A stretch of 64,000 nt of DNA from the human T2T-CHM13v2.0 reference genome, Homo sapiens: assembly GCF_009914755.1 (NCBI RefSeq), contig NC_060925.1; one strand, 5' to 3'. Numbering within the stretch: position 1 is the first letter of the stretch; each line of letters opens with the position of its first letter. The notes beneath the pieces are model-generated. The model searched no databases, was not told the DNA's origin, and worked only from the letters and a program-made list of their open reading frames with translations. A program made the position numbers and the translations under genes. Positions 59,448 through 64,000 of this stretch are shown here, one piece after another.

Positions 59448-60222
59448 CTCTTTAATTTTATTTTGTTTTTTAAGTTCTGGGGTACATGTGCAGGATGTGC
59501 AGGTTTGTTACATAGGCAAATGTGTGCCGTGGTGGTTTGCTGTGCCTATCAACCCATTATCTAGGTATTAACATGGCATGCATTAGCTTCTTTTTCCCAA
59601 TGCTCTCCCCCGCCTCCCTCCCGCAACAGGCCCCCGTGTGTGTTGTTCCCCTCCCTATGTCCATGTGTTTTCATAGTTCAGCTTCCACTTATAAGTAAGA
59701 ACATGCCATGTTTAGTTTTTTGCTCCTGTGTTAGTTTGCTGAGAATAATGGCTTCCAGCTTCATCCATGCCCCTGAAAATGACATTGCATTAGTCTGTTT
59801 TCACACTGTTGATAAAGACATACCCAAGACCAGACAATTTACAAAAGAAAGAGGTTTAATTGAACTCACAGTTCTATGTGGCTGGGAAGGCCTTAGAATC
59901 ATGGCAGAAGGCAAGGAGGAGCAAGTCACATCTTACATGAATGGCAGCAGGCAAAGAGAGAGAATGAGCTTGTGTAGGGGAACTCCTCTTTTTAAAACCA
60001 CCAAATCTCATGAGACTCATTCACTATCACAAGAACAGCATGGGAAAGACCTGCCCCCATGATTCAATTACCTCCCACCGAGTCCCTCCCACAACATGTG
60101 GGAATTCAAGATGAGATTTGGGCAGGACACAGCCAAACCATATCAGATATGATCGTGTTCTTTTTTATGGCTGGATAGTATTCCACGGTGTATATGTACC
60201 AGATTTTCTTTATCCAGTCTAT
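59448..60222 (-). mobile_element. L1PA (PA8-11-like) 3' end, interrupted by THE1
   Basis: TSD catatttctt (59438-59447 / 60223-60232). Confidence 0.9.
59786..60145 (-). mobile_element. THE1A/B-like solo LTR
   Basis: tgcattagtc...ccaaaccatatca; TSD gacat/gatat. Confidence 0.92.
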
Positions 60223-60269
60223 CATATTTCTTGTTTTGAATTTGTTTGTGTGTTAAATTTAAATCTTGT

Positions 60270-60506
60270 AAATCTTATAAGAAACTTCAACAAATTTAAC
60301 AAGAAAAAGAAAAAAAAAACCACAAAACGTAGACAAAGGACCTGAAGAGACACCTGCCAAAAGAAAACATACATGCAGCCAATAATCTTATGAAAAAGTC
60401 CTCAAAATCACTTGTTATTAGAAAATTACAAATCAAAACCACAATGAGATACTATCTCATACCAGTCAGAATGGCTACAATTAAAAAGTCAAAAAATAAC
60501 AGATGT
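60270..60506 (+). mobile_element. L1P ORF2 fragment
   Basis: caaatcaaaaccacaatgagatactatctcataccagtcagaatggct. Confidence 0.85.
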
Positions 60507-61419
60507 ATAAACTGAGGAAACTGGTACAAATTTAAGTTAAAAAGATATATAAGTACATGTAATAATATAGATGCAGACATAGCAGGATATAAAATGATTG
60601 AAATATCTGCCAGTCACTGATATGAAACATGCTGGAATGTTTGCAAAATCATCATATGCATGTTTACAATATAAATTCTTTCAAATCTGGTCTAAGAATT
60701 TGGGGGGTTTCTCAGCGACTTTGAGACTTCAAGATAGTGGATGACGGAGAATTCTTATAAGATAAGGATACAATATTTGCAAAACCTGTGTTTTGAGTCT
60801 TATCCTCTTCTGCATCCCAGTAGTGACATAATTTCTTGCCCTATTTCATCAAACCCATTGTCGGAAGTCTATAGAGTTCCAAGGAAATTTTATATGTGAC
60901 CCTCTATAATGAGAAGGCATGCAAACTCTGTTCTAACTTCCACCAACACACATCTAGAATAAAGGGGGGCCGACTATCGGCACTTTTAGCTGATCCGATC
61001 CAGTACTGCTCTGTGAGAATGATTTTCCAGCCTAGACTTTGGTGAAGCAAGGATGAATGGGTAGTTGTCTGCTAAGATGAGGAGTACCAGGAGTAGAATG
61101 TGTACATGGCCATCTTAGGTCTGAAGTGCTGGGCATCTGATTGGGCTACGCAGAGAAGGAAGAGGCTCCAGTAAGAAGAAACAGAAAGTTAAACACCTAG
61201 CAGCTGAGGAGTTAGTACCAAGTGACCACCCTGATCATCTATGGGAATCAAGGAAGCTGCTAGAGGATTTCCAGAATTTACGAAAGTCAAACAATGTGGG
61301 CTTACTACTTTTTTAGATAATTTTTGCAGGCTAACACACTGCACTGCAATTATGAAAATTAGAAGGATCAATTTGGAGAACAGTCAGTAAACTTTGCATC
61401 AAGAAGTGTTTCTTACATA

Positions 61420-61658
61420 GCTTTGTCAGGTCTAAATTCAAGCCTGGTTCTACCAATGACTAGAATGAGTAATCTTAGACAAATTAATTAACTTCCTCAA
61501 ACTACAGCTTCATCACCTATTTTGTAAAGGGGATAATAATGCTATCTAACTTCGAGAGTTAGAGTGAGGATTGAGTGAGATAATGAATGTAAAACATTTA
61601 ATCCAGAGCCCTGTAAGTAGTAAATGCTCAGTAAATCTTAATTACGTTGTTATCATCA
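61420..61658 (+). mobile_element. MIR (MIRb-like)
   Basis: tgtaaaggggataataatg..gtgaggattgagtgagataatg..agtaaatgctcagtaaat. Confidence 0.75.
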
Positions 61659-64000
61659 TATTCCTTGTCATACAGAGCAAAACACCTGGGACAATCAGTG
61701 TGGCTGTGAGAAGGCTGGGCAAATGTTTCTGAGGATCTTTCCCCATATACGTTTGGGAGATACAGATAAATTCATCATCCTGAAAGTCGCCGTGTAAGCG
61801 AAAGTCATTTAAAAATCAAACTTCCAAGATTTTTGAAGACATTAAAAATGCATTTTAAAATTAAAATGCTCACGTTTTCTGCAAATTGTGAACTAGGAAA
61901 AAACAGCAACACTAAAAAACCCTGGCATTTCTAGGAATGCCAGCAGTAAATGGAAATTCCACAAAAATTATCTATGTCCCCACTGGGATTATGCCACCAA
62001 AAACAACATCTGTTACTTATTCTCAGGACAATTTGTACTGTGCTCAAAAATGACACAGGGACTCTCTTGTTCTCTTCTATATATTTAGCTAGGAGGGATA
62101 TGAAGTTCATCACCTCTTCATCTGAACTCTGTTCCTGCCAATGTCACAAACAGTGTCACCAGCAGGAAGCTCACAAAAGTTGTTGGTAATCAAAAAGCAA
62201 CTTTATTCCAAGGCACATGTGTAGTATGTATACAGGAAGAAATGTTTTCATCATGTGAACACTTAGACTATAGCATACAATTTTAAAAGTTAAATTAAAA
62301 ATATGTGCATTCTTTATTGACTGGACAACAGTGGCCTGCAGTGAGTCCACATGATTATACGTTGTGGATGCATGGCTTTGAATCCCTGATCTTCAATTTA
62401 CTGAGCTTTCCTGCTCCTTTCATATATAAATACTTGGCTTGGAAAATCTGATTTCCTTTACTACCAATCCCTGTGATTCATTTTCTACAACTATATGGTG
62501 TGAGAACCCTGTGAGCAGACTGCTATCACCCTCCTGCTGCTTTGTCCACCTGTTTAGAATTTACATCCAAAATTAGTCTAAAACATACCTTTTTTTCCCC
62601 TGGAGAATAGTAAGTTAATATATTTACAAATTCCAGATGAACTAGATATGTTCTGAGGGCTTTGCAATTTTGTATTTTGCAAACTACTCTTTGATAGAGC
62701 TGGCAATCTCTTTTTCAGAGTAAAATCAAAACAGAACCCCCTCCCAAAATAAAGCTCAAACAAAACAATACAAAAAAGAATTCCTTCTATGCACATTTTG
62801 TGAAATTTTCTCCCCTTTAACCATGCATTCAATGTGCCAGAAACAGGCACAAATGATTATATGCATTTTAGGTTAGATTTTTCTTTATAAAAACAGACAG
62901 AATTTATTTTTCATGGGAATTATGCAATTTTTCTGAAGTGCGGGGCTACCTGATTCCTCAGGCAACTCTTCATATATCACAGCTCAAAGCTCAACTTCCT
63001 TCTTCCTTCTTACTAGTAAATTACATTAGCATAGATTACTTTGCAGTGAACATTGTATGGACTTATTTAATGAATGTCAGCAGAGTCTTCATGCTTGTAA
63101 ACTTATTCATAAGTTTCTCTTTTCAGTTTCTTAAAATATGTTTGATTGAGAGGCACAAATAGGGGTGAGGTGGTAAAGAGCTTCTTTAATTTAATATGTT
63201 CCTGCTAGAAGACTCTAGCTTCTGAAGAGAATTCTGAAGAACAGATGTTTGGCTTCCAAAGTGAAAAACATCCATCTGTTTCTTAAATGTCAAAACAATA
63301 ATAGTAAAGTTACAGCATCCACATGTGCGGGTTTGAGTGGGTGTTCTAAAGCCATACAACTGGGCCTTATTTGTAGACAACTCAGAAATCCACCCCAAAA
63401 GCACACACATTATCTTACCTGTGCATACATGCAGTTGAGGGAGAAGGAAAGAAAAAAGAAACCATATCAAACAGGCAGAAATTACACTATTTATGGCATA
63501 CAAATTTAGTTGTTAGCTTGGTTAATAAAGGTTTGTGATGTAAGCAAGACTATCTCTTTAAATATTCTGCCGGGGTTTCTTTCCATTACTCTATTTTAGA
63601 CTTACCTGGATTCATTTAGTCACAGTTTCCTATCTCTCCATCAGTACATATTTTGGTTTCTGTAACCTGCGGATCAGTTTGTTTTCTTCCAAATGCCTGA
63701 GTTTACGGAATGTGGTCAGGAACTGATAGAGTCCAGAATAAACTGGGTTGATTATTTCTTCCTGTTTGGTCAGTACACAAGCTAGCAGGAAGGAAATCCT
63801 ACCTTTTTTCCCCTTCAGAAATAATGTTTTCACTGTGATATAAGAGGGAACAGATGTAAAAAAGGGGTTAGCTAGAGTGTCAATATTTTCTATACAGAAT
63901 GGTAAACATTTTAATGTAATTAAATGTTAGGATTAATTTGTTAATCCTTATATATTCCCGTGTCCATTCAAGAGAAGTATCTCTAATTAAATTTCTCTTT

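Noticed and set aside
59640-60062. 140-aa ORF
   Set aside because: Antisense L1 3'UTR fused to antisense THE1; chance open frame
59448-60506. Possible twin-priming inverted L1 (minus 3' end plus plus-strand ORF2 piece)
   Set aside because: The TSD catatttctt closes the minus-strand L1 at 60223-60232, so the 60270-60506 fragment is a separate insertion
63630-63833. 67-aa ORF as a coding exon
   Set aside because: Non-ATG start, no recognisable homology, and it stops before the nearby donor

Overview
AT-rich, CpG-poor primate (probably human) intergenic or deep-intronic DNA. I cannot support any protein-coding gene, RNA gene or CpG island. The ORFs I could assign are read-throughs of Alu, L1, LTR or microsatellite sequence, and the rest are short and unrecognised. 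Roughly half the window is transposable-element debris: about 19 Alus (J, S, Y, including two Yd-lineage copies), MIR, L2, L1M, HAL1 and L1PA fragments, hAT and Mariner DNA elements (MER20B-like, MER45A, MER30, MADE1), and many LTRs (THE1 x4, several MLT1, MST, LTR16, LTR33, LTR41-like, LTR12F, MER66-like, MER11C), plus an orphan ERVL pol fragment. Subfamily names come from consensus sequences recalled from memory and need RepeatMasker/Dfam confirmation. Boundaries of ancient elements are approximate. The most notable observations are: (1) an LTR12F solo LTR with an intact CCAAT/TATA-like promoter, a lost polyA signal and consensus splice sites downstream, which may drive a TE-built lncRNA; (2) a three-LTR mixed-subtype MLT1H tandem structure; (3) a fold-back microsatellite that appears to have formed inside an AluJ; (4) a palindromic AT-rich minisatellite; and (5) a 107-bp non-tandem duplication carrying a splice acceptor. 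None is proven to be a novel biological system from sequence alone.
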